DNA from: Candidatus Heimdallarchaeota archaeon B3_Heim
Lineage (GTDB): Archaea > Asgardarchaeota > Heimdallarchaeia > Hodarchaeales > Hodarchaeaceae
Assembly (NCBI GenBank): GCA_003144275.1
Contig: NJBF01000044.1
Location: forward strand, 1 to 26,493
Direction: 5' to 3'
DNA: 26,493 nucleotides
Position 1 is the stretch's first letter. Each line of letters opens with the position of its first letter. Position numbers and translations under genes: made by a program. The notes under the pieces are model-generated. The model saw nothing but the letters and a program-made list of their open reading frames with translations. It had not been told where the DNA came from and made no database searches. This document shows positions 9,271 through 17,890 of the stretch, piece by piece.

Positions 9271-10800
9271 TCATCGACGTTTGCGAGCAGCAAAGAGGGC
9301 AACACCCAAGATAGCGAGTGTACCAACTAAAAGCTCGAAACCAGGTGCACTAGTACCAGGTTCTTCGATCTCAACATATGGACCACCAAGATAGTAGCAT
9401 TGAATATCAGCAGCCATCTTGTCAAGGGCTAGTTGAGCTTGTTCCGTATACCATGCATCAGAGTAACCTTTGCCATATTTGACAGCAAGAAGGGCATCAC
9501 GATATCCAGGCATCATGACAGTCTCATGGACTGTAAGCCATTCAGGATGTTGTTTACCCCATGGGAATGCATATACTTGACTTTCAATATGGGTTACAAA
9601 GTTTGCTCGTTCACCGTGACCAGCTTCAGTAAACCAAGGATCGCTCTTTAGTGATTGACGAACTGGAATTCTCCACGAGCTACCAAGCCAGTTTTTGACG
9701 GTTTTTATCTGATTTTCATCATCTAAAAGCCATTGAGCAAGTTCGACTGCATCAGCAAGTTCAGTTGCATTAGCTGTAACGGTTGGAACTAATGAAATTC
9801 CACCACCTGTGATGGTTGAACGTACGCCATCTGAAGTTTTTGGCATAGGAACTGCCATAAAATCAGCCATATCTAATCCACCTTCTCCTCCGAAGATGCC
9901 TGTACCCCAAGGTCCACAAAGAACCATACTTACATTTCCAGCTTTGAAATGATCGTTAGCTTGACCACCACCGTCAGTATCGACAGTTTCAGGAACCCAA
10001 CCTTCACCTTTAAGCTTTAAGTAGTTAGCAAATCCTTCAACACTAAGAGAACCATTTGTACCATACATATCATCGGTACCCCAGCTAAAGACTGAGGCAG
10101 GGTCCTCTGAAGAGTCGATGAAGTTATCAGTCGAGGCAAACATGTAATTCATGTAAGCCAAATCGCTTTGTAACATGCCTACCATTGCGTAAGGAGTTTT
10201 TCCAGCATCTGCCAATGTTTCAGCGGCAGACATAAATCCTTCCATTGTGTCTACATCGGCTGCTGTCAAACCAACTTCTGTGAAGTCAGCCAGGTTGATA
10301 TAGGGGAGAATGGATTGTCCAAAGAATGGAAGTGCATAAATATCGTCTCCTGATCCATCACCATTTGCTTTGTCAAGAATGGACCACCAGCCTGCGGGGA
10401 TATCTGCTTGCCAAGTTTCGCGCTCGCCGCTCCATGCAGCGATGTCGTCAGAGAAGTCATACCAGATACCGAACTCTGCAAATTCTGTGTACCAATCCTG
10501 AGTTGCTAGGATAAGGTTTGGGTAATCACCAGCGAGAAATCGTGCAACAAGTGCGTCACGATCGCTAGGTCCTCCTCCAACAGCTGTATAAGTGAAATTA
10601 TACTTAGTTCCAAGTGTGGAGTGATTTCCTATCATTGATCTAATGATCTTGCCTCGTTCATGATCAGTACCCCAGGGCATAACAATTTCAAAATTTGTTG
10701 CTGCTGTAGCTTGGGGCTTTGCGGTTGTTTGTGCAAAACCGAACGATGCTAAGAGTATTAAACCAAAAGTTAAGGCAAAAAAAACATTTGTTTTCTTCAT
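9271..10800 (-). CDS. Sugar ABC substrate-binding protein with signal peptide and C-terminal PGF-CTERM-like anchor
   Basis: N-terminal MKK plus a hydrophobic stretch. SBP_bac_1-like motifs IYALPF, FKAGNVSMVLCGPW and GGGISL. The C-terminus is APGF + TM + RKRR. ATG 10800 is preferred over TTG 10815 because GGTGA lies 8 nt upstream. Confidence 0.88.
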   Translation of the reverse strand: MKKTNVFFALTFGLILLASFGFAQTTAKPQATAATNFEIVMPWGTDHERGKIIRSMIGNHSTLGTKYNFTYTAVGGGPSDRDALVARFLAGDYPNLILATQDWYTEFAEFGIWYDFSDDIAAWSGERETWQADIPAGWWSILDKANGDGSGDDIYALPFFGQSILPYINLADFTEVGLTAADVDTMEGFMSAAETLADAGKTPYAMVGMLQSDLAYMNYMFASTDNFIDSSEDPASVFSWGTDDMYGTNGSLSVEGFANYLKLKGEGWVPETVDTDGGGQANDHFKAGNVSMVLCGPWGTGIFGGEGGLDMADFMAVPMPKTSDGVRSTITGGGISLVPTVTANATELADAVELAQWLLDDENQIKTVKNWLGSSWRIPVRQSLKSDPWFTEAGHGERANFVTHIESQVYAFPWGKQHPEWLTVHETVMMPGYRDALLAVKYGKGYSDAWYTEQAQLALDKMAADIQCYYLGGPYVEIEEPGTSAPGFELLVGTLAILGVALFAARKRR

Positions 10801-10887
10801 ATCAGTTTTCACCAAATATTGGTTTCTATAATTGATCCTTATAGTAAGGAAAAACTTACATAAGGATGATCTTTGTCACTGTACTAG

Positions 10888-10903
10888 TTTTAAAAAACTT
10901 TTC
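10888..10903 (-). promoter_or_regulatory. BRE/TATA promoter of the ABC operon
   Basis: Minus strand GAAAAG-TTTTTTAAAA, about 90 nt upstream of the SBP start. Confidence 0.5.
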
Positions 10904-11187
10904 CCACCCGTATCGTAGATATGGGTTTAAAGAATAGCTTTGTTAATGATTTAGTTACTTTATATTCATATCCCAGTAATTTCTATTTATTTATTGGCGG
11001 AGTTAGGATTTCTAGGTGTTTTCAACAGATAAACTATCGATATAGATTATACTTCCTTTCTGTTTACTAAGATTAACTTCAGATAACTAGGAGCAGTATA
11101 TAGTCGTTAGTGAAGTAATAACAATTTGAGATTGTCAAATATATTGATAGAAATTAAGTGGAGAATTTGCAAAATAACTTTTCTGGT

Positions 11188-11202
11188 AAAAAAAGTTTAA
11201 AG
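11188..11202 (+). promoter_or_regulatory. BRE/TATA promoter of the mggS-like gene
   Basis: AAAAAAAG-TTTAAAG, about 55-65 nt upstream of the start. Confidence 0.5.
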
Positions 11203-11266
11203 AATTGACGAATTTCGGCTCTTTATAGTAATAAATTGTTCTTATGAACTCAATGTGTGGAAGAAT

Positions 11267-12622
11267 ATGAATATAGCAATGGTTCACTTTAGAGTGGGAG
11301 AACTTGACGGCGTTTCATTAGAAATGGATAAATGGAAGAAAGTACTTGAGGAAAAATTTAAACATGAGGTAATTTACCTCGCAGGATCCTTAGGACGAAG
11401 TGATGGCATTTCTATATCCGAATTTTCCTTAGATTTTGTTCCAGGCCAAGAAATTAGGAAAGCTGCTTTCTCTTCTCCGCTGAATAAATCCCAAGAAAAG
11501 GCTTTAGAAGTCGAAATCAGAACTCTTATATATGAAATTAAGCCTAAAATTCTCAAATTCATTGAAGAATACAACATTCAGTGTTTTATTCCAAACAATA
11601 TGTTTAGTTTACCCTTGAATATTCCTGCCTCGCTTGCCCTCTTTGAAATTCTTCAAGAAACAGGAATTCCTACAATTAGTCACAATCACGATTTTACATG
11701 GGAACGTACTAGCTATAACCCTAGTTGTTCTCTCATTAAGGATTATCTCGACAAGTATTTTCCTCCCAAACTTCCCAATATAAGACATGCTGTAATTAAT
11801 TCCATTGCTAAAGATGTTCTTAGCGATAAAAAGAGCATTGAATCAGTTGTTGTCCCCAATGTCTTCTATTTCGAAGAACCGGATTGGGTTAAAGATTCTT
11901 TCAATTCTGATGTAAGAGCTACTCTGAATATTTCCAATAGCGATATTATTATCTTGCAAGCAACTCGACTTGTAGATCGAAAAGGTATAGAATTAATTAT
12001 TGATGTTATTGCAAGGTTAAATACAAAAGAATACAGGAAGCAGTTATCCTCCAAACCATTGTATGATGGTAGACGATTTACGAATAATGACAAAATATTA
12101 ATAGTCATGCCTAATTTAGTAGAAGATATCACTTACAAGAATAAGTTGGAAAAGAAATGTAATGAGCTGAGTGTCGAATATCGATTCTGTAACCCTTTCT
12201 TCGCCCATCAACGATCTGAAGTGGATAATGAGAAAAAAATCTACAATCTATGGGACATTTATTCTCATTCAGATTTCGTCTCATACCCAAGCTTGGTAGA
12301 AGGATGGGGAAATCAATTTTTAGAGGCTGTCAAGGCAAAATTGCCAATCATTCTCTATGAATATGATGTATATATCAGAGATATTGGCCCTCTCGGATTC
12401 TCAACAATCTCTTTGGGGTCTGACCTCCAAAAATCTGCTGAACATGGATTGGTTACTGTTTCCGATGAAAGAATCAAGCAAGCTGCTGATGAAACGGTTC
12501 TAATACTCCAGGATAACACGTTAAGAGAAAAGATGGTAAACAAAAATTTCGAGATTGGGTTGAAAGAGCTGTCTATAACTGCTCTTGGGAAGTATCTCAA
12601 TTTATTACTTTCTTCGCTTTAG
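11267..12622 (+). CDS. mggS: GT4 glycosyltransferase, mannosylglucosylglycerate synthase (MggS)-like
   Basis: IAMVHFRVGELDGVSLEMDKWKKVL, HNHDFTWER, QATRLVDRKGIEL and YPSLVEGWGNQFLEA match my recollection of the Thermotogales MggS family. The track start GTG 11255 is an alternative. Confidence 0.72.
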   Translation: MNIAMVHFRVGELDGVSLEMDKWKKVLEEKFKHEVIYLAGSLGRSDGISISEFSLDFVPGQEIRKAAFSSPLNKSQEKALEVEIRTLIYEIKPKILKFIEEYNIQCFIPNNMFSLPLNIPASLALFEILQETGIPTISHNHDFTWERTSYNPSCSLIKDYLDKYFPPKLPNIRHAVINSIAKDVLSDKKSIESVVVPNVFYFEEPDWVKDSFNSDVRATLNISNSDIIILQATRLVDRKGIELIIDVIARLNTKEYRKQLSSKPLYDGRRFTNNDKILIVMPNLVEDITYKNKLEKKCNELSVEYRFCNPFFAHQRSEVDNEKKIYNLWDIYSHSDFVSYPSLVEGWGNQFLEAVKAKLPIILYEYDVYIRDIGPLGFSTISLGSDLQKSAEHGLVTVSDERIKQAADETVLILQDNTLREKMVNKNFEIGLKELSITALGKYLNLLLSSL

Positions 12623-13755
12623 TTGCTACCCTTAGATTGGAAAAGTGTCTTGAAGTATTTTTCGAATTTCAACATTTGGCTTTTCCGATCATGTTGATCA
12701 ATAACTAGTCGTCTAGCATTCTCTCCCATCTGAATATAGTGTTTTTGATCCTGCCAAGTACTTAAAATTGCATTAACTAGATTATCTACATCACCTGGAG
12801 TAACGAGATATCCAGTATATTTGTTTCTGACCACTTCTTGTATTCCTCCAATATCTGAGGCAACAACAGGGATTTTCAACGAAAAAGCTTCCAAAATAAC
12901 ATTAGGAAGGCCTTCTTTCGAAATACTGGGTACTACTAAGATATCACAAGTCGTAAAAATTTCAAGAGTATTCCTTGTAAAAGGAATAAACGTGACATTT
13001 GGCTGCATATTCAGTTTATTTACTTTTTCTTTTAGCAGTTTTTCATCTGGGCCATCCCCAACAATTAATAGATGAATATTGGGAATTTCATTTTTTCTGA
13101 TAACATTTATGGCTTTGAGTAGATGGATTTGCCCTTTTCTATGTTCTAGAGAGCCGATACATCCTATAACAGGTTTGTACGCAGATAGTTTGTCTTTTAA
13201 AAGTGATTCTTTTGTTTCTTCTTTACTCCCAAAGTATTTCAAATCAATTCCTTGGTAGAGAAGTTTTATTTTTTCCTCTGGTATCCTGTATTCGGAAATT
13301 AAATGATTATAAATCGTCTTCGTAATTGCAATTGTTCTAGCATTAGCTAACTGATCAGACAGATAATATTGGTTTTTGTAACTAGGCACTATTGTTCCTG
13401 TTTTCGTCACCAACGTCACTTGAAGGGCTAATTCTTTGATGCATTTCGCAGCAAATAATGAACAATGAAACTTTTCTCGTGGCGGGTGAACTGTGCATAC
13501 TGCAATATCTGAGTCTGTTAAAGCATTTCCCCAAATTGTTACATACTTTTTTGCTTGAGTAATGATACCTGAAAAATCATAAGTTACTAGCTTAACTGTC
13601 TTAGAAATTTTTTGGCATTCCTTGGCAATCCACCCATTTCTGGGAGTAATAACCGTGATTTTCCACCCCTGTCTAAGAAAAAATACAATTGCATCCATTA
13701 CCCACAGTTGTGTACCTCCATGTAACTTAGTGTCTTCAATGAACGTAATCTGCAT
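12619..13755 (-). CDS. GT4 (GT-B) glycosyltransferase
   Basis: HGGTQLWV, IGSLEHRKG and PSISKEGLPNVILEAFSLKIPVVASDIGG (EX7E motif). Confidence 0.9.
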   Translation of the reverse strand: MQITFIEDTKLHGGTQLWVMDAIVFFLRQGWKITVITPRNGWIAKECQKISKTVKLVTYDFSGIITQAKKYVTIWGNALTDSDIAVCTVHPPREKFHCSLFAAKCIKELALQVTLVTKTGTIVPSYKNQYYLSDQLANARTIAITKTIYNHLISEYRIPEEKIKLLYQGIDLKYFGSKEETKESLLKDKLSAYKPVIGCIGSLEHRKGQIHLLKAINVIRKNEIPNIHLLIVGDGPDEKLLKEKVNKLNMQPNVTFIPFTRNTLEIFTTCDILVVPSISKEGLPNVILEAFSLKIPVVASDIGGIQEVVRNKYTGYLVTPGDVDNLVNAILSTWQDQKHYIQMGENARRLVIDQHDRKSQMLKFEKYFKTLFQSKGSN

Positions 13756-13931
13756 AATTCTTTGGGTTTCATTATGAATTATTTTAATTATAGTTCACTT
13801 CTTTAGAGCCTCAAGTAATTCGAAATTAAACATCAACTTCATATTTGGAGTAGAACAGTTTCAAATTGTTTACCAAATAGACCTTTCCTAAACAGAATTA
13901 CCGTTTTTCTGATTTAAAAAGCAATAATAGG

Positions 13932-15812
13932 ATGTATACAGTTTTGGTATTTTTTCCCTTGGAAGTAAGGACAAGAATAGAAAGAAAATTAGAAATTCTT
14001 TATGGTGACCAATCGAATGTTCTATATAAGGATATTGAAAGTCTTCTAGTAAGTTATACCCACAGTCATGCAATCCACCAGTTGGAAAAGTCGGAAGAAG
14101 GGTCTTTAAAGGGAAAATATTCCAAGGGTGACATTATTCTTAATACTTATGCTGATTCTATTCAGGGTGATGAAGGTACTCCTTTAGAAGTTCTCAATCG
14201 CTTTTCTACAAACTTTTTGAAAAAAACTATCAATGGTTGTCATATTCTACCCTTTTACTCTTGGGATACAGACAGAGGATTTTCTGTTTTAAATTACTAC
14301 AATGTTGACCCTAGAAATGGTACATGGGAAGGATTCAGTGCACTGAAAGAAGTTTTTGATGTATTGATGGTTGACTGTGTACTCAACCACGCATCTCTCG
14401 GTAATCCTATTGTTCAAGAAGCGCTCATTGGTAATCCTGTATACCAAGATTTTGTAATTATATTTGACGAAAAAAGCAAACCTAGCAAAGAAGATCAGCT
14501 CAAAATAACTCGTGCCCGTCCCTATCCAGTTTTAACTCAGTATTTCGTTGCTGATGTAGGTAATAATCGCTTTGTTACCCTTAATAAACCTCACAATGGA
14601 AAAATTATTGGGAAAGGTTGGGTGTGGACGACATTCAGTCGTCCAAATAATCCTGATGGATCTGTTGCGACAAGACAAGTCGATCTTAATTTTCAGAATC
14701 CTAGAGTATTTCTAGAAATTCTTAGAATTATCTTATACTACATCTCAAAGGGAGCAAGTTGGATTCGTCTTGATGCGATAGGTTATTTGTGGAAGAAAAT
14801 TGGGACTAGTTGTCTTCACCTTCCAGAGACCCATTTATTTATTGAAATACTTGCAGAGATCTTTAAATACTTAGAACCCGGCAATACTGTCCTTATCAGT
14901 GAAGTTAATGAACCTCAAGATCGTGCTCTACAGTATCTTGGATCAAGCACCGTCCACAAATCCGATATGATATATTTATTCACCCATTTTCCACTTGCGG
15001 TCCATGCAGTGCTTACTGGATCGTCAAAATATTATCAAGAATGGCTTCCGTCTCTCAAAGAAGCCAAGGGTCGACTATTTGTAAGTGTTTTAGGAACCCA
15101 TGATGGAATGGGAATGAAACCCATTGGTAATTGGCTACCCGACTCTGAAAAGCATAAATTACAGAAAATTTTACTGCAAGAACATGGAGCGCTCGCGAAC
15201 TACGCGAAACTACCTGGAGGGCAAGAAATTGTCTATGAATTGTGTTCTACCCCTTGGAATTTTATTAATAAGGAAAATTCTTCAGAAAGTTTTGAGCTTC
15301 AACTAAATCGTTATCTTGCAGTCTTTGCATTAGGATTAATGATCAAAGGTGTTCCCTCAATCTATATTAATGGATTATTGGGGATTAGTAATAACAAGAA
15401 TCCTCTAGATGAGAATCGATCAATAAATAGAGAAATTCTTTGGGAGAAGGAGATAACTTCCACACTACAGAATGACGGATCACAAATGTTCAGAGTATTG
15501 GATAAAATATTGGAATTAATTTCAATACGTAAGAGAGAATCGGCGTTTGATCTAGATGGATCTTTTGAAGTCTTAGCTCTTAATGAAAGTGTCGTATCAG
15601 TGCTTTTGTCATCTTCTACCCCTACAAATAAAATTATTGCTCTAGTAAATGTATCCGATTCTGATAAATCTTTCGTTGTTGATTGTTCTCAATTAGGATT
15701 GCATACATCTGTTTTGACAGATTTAATCACTAATCAAACGTACAATATTCCTGCTCACGGAGAAGAACTTGGAATTACCTTATCCCCTTATCAAATAAGT
15801 TGGCTCCGATAA
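13932..15812 (+). CDS. GH13_18 phosphorylase, probable glucosylglycerate phosphorylase
   Basis: TYADSI, HILPFY, VLNH, WTTFS..QVDLNF. Catalytic residues in RLDAIG, SEVNEP and THDG. Acceptor loops read E-x-N and YE rather than the sucrose phosphorylase E-x-H and YQ. Confidence 0.8.
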   Translation: MYTVLVFFPLEVRTRIERKLEILYGDQSNVLYKDIESLLVSYTHSHAIHQLEKSEEGSLKGKYSKGDIILNTYADSIQGDEGTPLEVLNRFSTNFLKKTINGCHILPFYSWDTDRGFSVLNYYNVDPRNGTWEGFSALKEVFDVLMVDCVLNHASLGNPIVQEALIGNPVYQDFVIIFDEKSKPSKEDQLKITRARPYPVLTQYFVADVGNNRFVTLNKPHNGKIIGKGWVWTTFSRPNNPDGSVATRQVDLNFQNPRVFLEILRIILYYISKGASWIRLDAIGYLWKKIGTSCLHLPETHLFIEILAEIFKYLEPGNTVLISEVNEPQDRALQYLGSSTVHKSDMIYLFTHFPLAVHAVLTGSSKYYQEWLPSLKEAKGRLFVSVLGTHDGMGMKPIGNWLPDSEKHKLQKILLQEHGALANYAKLPGGQEIVYELCSTPWNFINKENSSESFELQLNRYLAVFALGLMIKGVPSIYINGLLGISNNKNPLDENRSINREILWEKEITSTLQNDGSQMFRVLDKILELISIRKRESAFDLDGSFEVLALNESVVSVLLSSSTPTNKIIALVNVSDSDKSFVVDCSQLGLHTSVLTDLITNQTYNIPAHGEELGITLSPYQISWLR

Positions 15813-15836
15813 AAACTGTTCCTAGGCTGATATAAA

Positions 15837-17042
15837 TTGAAAAAACCAGTAATTGTTGTTCCTTCTTATTGGTCTCAAGGACCAATAACAGAGACTGATG
15901 TTGTATATGACCATCCAACAGATCTGCTAAATCCCTGTGAAACCCTCTCGAAAACTTTGAAGTCATTTGAGAAAATCACTGGTAAGTTTGATGTATTAGT
16001 GATAGGTTGTCCCACTAGAACTTCAATAGGAAAAGACATGGACAGATCAGTATTAGAACTAATAAAGAGCTCCACCCCCTCGTATCGAATTAAGTATTTT
16101 GGTTCTAAGGAATACAACATTCTAAAATCATTTATTGAGGAAAAACTCTAATTAAAATTAGCAAAGTTGATATCAAATAAAGGATATGGAAATGTTCGAA
16201 ATCTGTGTTTGCTTCTTCCCCATATACTTGATTACGATGTTGCTCTTCTCATTGATGATGATGAAATAGTTACAGATCATTTGTTTTTGCAAACTGCCAC
16301 TGAGTTCATTGGTTCTCAAGTGAAGAATAAGATTTTAGGTGTGGTTGCGGGGTACTATGTGAATGCTGATGGGTCGATTTTTCTTGATGAATCACAAACT
16401 CTCTGGTGGAATCTTGTTTGGGAAAAGGAAAAATTGATGAATGAGGCTTTTCGGATTATCACTGACTCTAAATCTGAACGTTTAGTTGATACACCGTTTG
16501 CCCTAGGTGGAAATCTGGTCATCTATAGGAAATGTTGGGAACAAGTACCATTCGACCCCTTAATTACGAGAGGAGAAGATATGGATTACTTGCGTAGCGT
16601 TAAATATTTTGGTTTTGAAGCAAAACTAGATCGATCGCTTTCGATAAAACATGAGCCTCCAAATGTTTCTACATCATATAAAATCAAATTTCGGCAGGAT
16701 ATCCATCGCTTTCTATATTCTAAATATAAGCTAGAGCATATGAAGGTTGATCCATCCGAATTCGATCCCTATCCAGGATACTTTCTTCGTCAAACCGAGG
16801 GAAAAGTCATACTGACCGAGCTTCTCTACAACATTTTCCAAAACAAGGAAGCATTAGTTGAGTTAGAGGATGTTACTCAATTTTTAGACCATATGAAGGA
16901 TATTGATTTTTATTTCAAAGAGATACATGAGGAATGTCGTAACACAAGTGAGAAGTATTTTGAGTTCCAGAAGAATTGGAAAACTTTAATGGTAAATCTA
17001 ACCTCACTAAAGATTCCATCAGATACAGCAGCAAAAATCTAA
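15837..17042 (+). pseudogene. GT-A fold (GT2-like) glycosyltransferase interrupted by one in-frame TAA at 16149-16151
   Basis: Track ORFs 15837..16151 and 16167..17042 share a frame, and the read-through is FIEEKL*LKLAKLISNKGYGNVRN. The 5' part has VIVVPSYW; the 3' part has LIDDDE, FALGGNLVI, RGEDMDY and IKHEPP. Confidence 0.75.
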
Positions 17043-17058
17043 ATACAGGAAGTTTCTC

Positions 17059-17736
17059 TTATCCGTAAATTAAATAAGAGAATTTTGTTACTCGGAAGAA
17101 CAACAAATTTTGGTTGAATAAGAAAAGAATTAGAAAAATGATATATGTTAAATTAACTGGATCGATAGCGGAAATTGCATTCTGAAATATGATCAATGAA
17201 GCTGATTCTAAAAACCAATAGCCCGTAACGAGTGTACCCAGAATCAAGTGAATAGCAATCCGTTTATTGAATAGGATAGCATTGATATGATTCTCCCTCA
17301 GTATTATTTTCCAGTAGATAATTATCCACATAACCAATAAGGAATAAAAGAGTAACCACGACGCACTTACTAAAGTAGAAAATAGAATGAAGATTTCAGG
17401 AGATACTAACGGGGTAGGAGGGAGAAGAATCTTGATTCCAAGGAGAATGCTAATAATTAAATTTACTCTAGCCCAAATGATGAGATCAGAAACAGAGTAG
17501 TCTTTTAAGTCGAGTACGGGTGGATGAGCTCCTAGAACGCGGTATAATCCGAATGTAAAACCGCTGAACCCTAGTAATAATCCCCATTGCATGATATATT
17601 GTAAGAATGCCATTAAGGGGGGTGCTATAATTATAAATCTTAATAGAATCAGGGAGAGGCGATAGATCTCGGTTAATAAAAGAAGACTCGAACTCATGTA
17701 AATTGTAAGTCGAATCCAAGCAATATTACTTCTCAT
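17059..17736 (-). CDS. Hypothetical multi-pass membrane protein (~6 TM)
   Basis: A 225-aa ORF filling the gap between genes, made of alternating hydrophobic segments. No family recognised. Confidence 0.7.
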   Translation of the reverse strand: MRSNIAWIRLTIYMSSSLLLLTEIYRLSLILLRFIIIAPPLMAFLQYIMQWGLLLGFSGFTFGLYRVLGAHPPVLDLKDYSVSDLIIWARVNLIISILLGIKILLPPTPLVSPEIFILFSTLVSASWLLFYSLLVMWIIIYWKIILRENHINAILFNKRIAIHLILGTLVTGYWFLESASLIIFQNAISAIDPVNLTYIIFLILFLFNQNLLFFRVTKFSYLIYG

Positions 17737-17890
17737 TATGCTGGCTTTATACTCAATTCTAATTATAAGTTTCTGTTGGAGCGATTATTATAAAGGTAAG
17801 ATTCTTGGAATCTATCATATTACAGTTAAGAAATTCCTTTTTTCTAATCGTCCAATTCAATTCACTTATGATTTTCTAAATAAGTGATAT

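Noticed and set aside
13932-15812. Sucrose phosphorylase as the specific function
   Set aside because: It lacks the E-x-H and YQ acceptor motifs, and the mggS-like context favours glycerate.
16149-16151. Selenocysteine or pyrrolysine recoding
   Set aside because: The codon is TAA, not TGA or TAG, and TAA serves as a normal stop in many other genes here.
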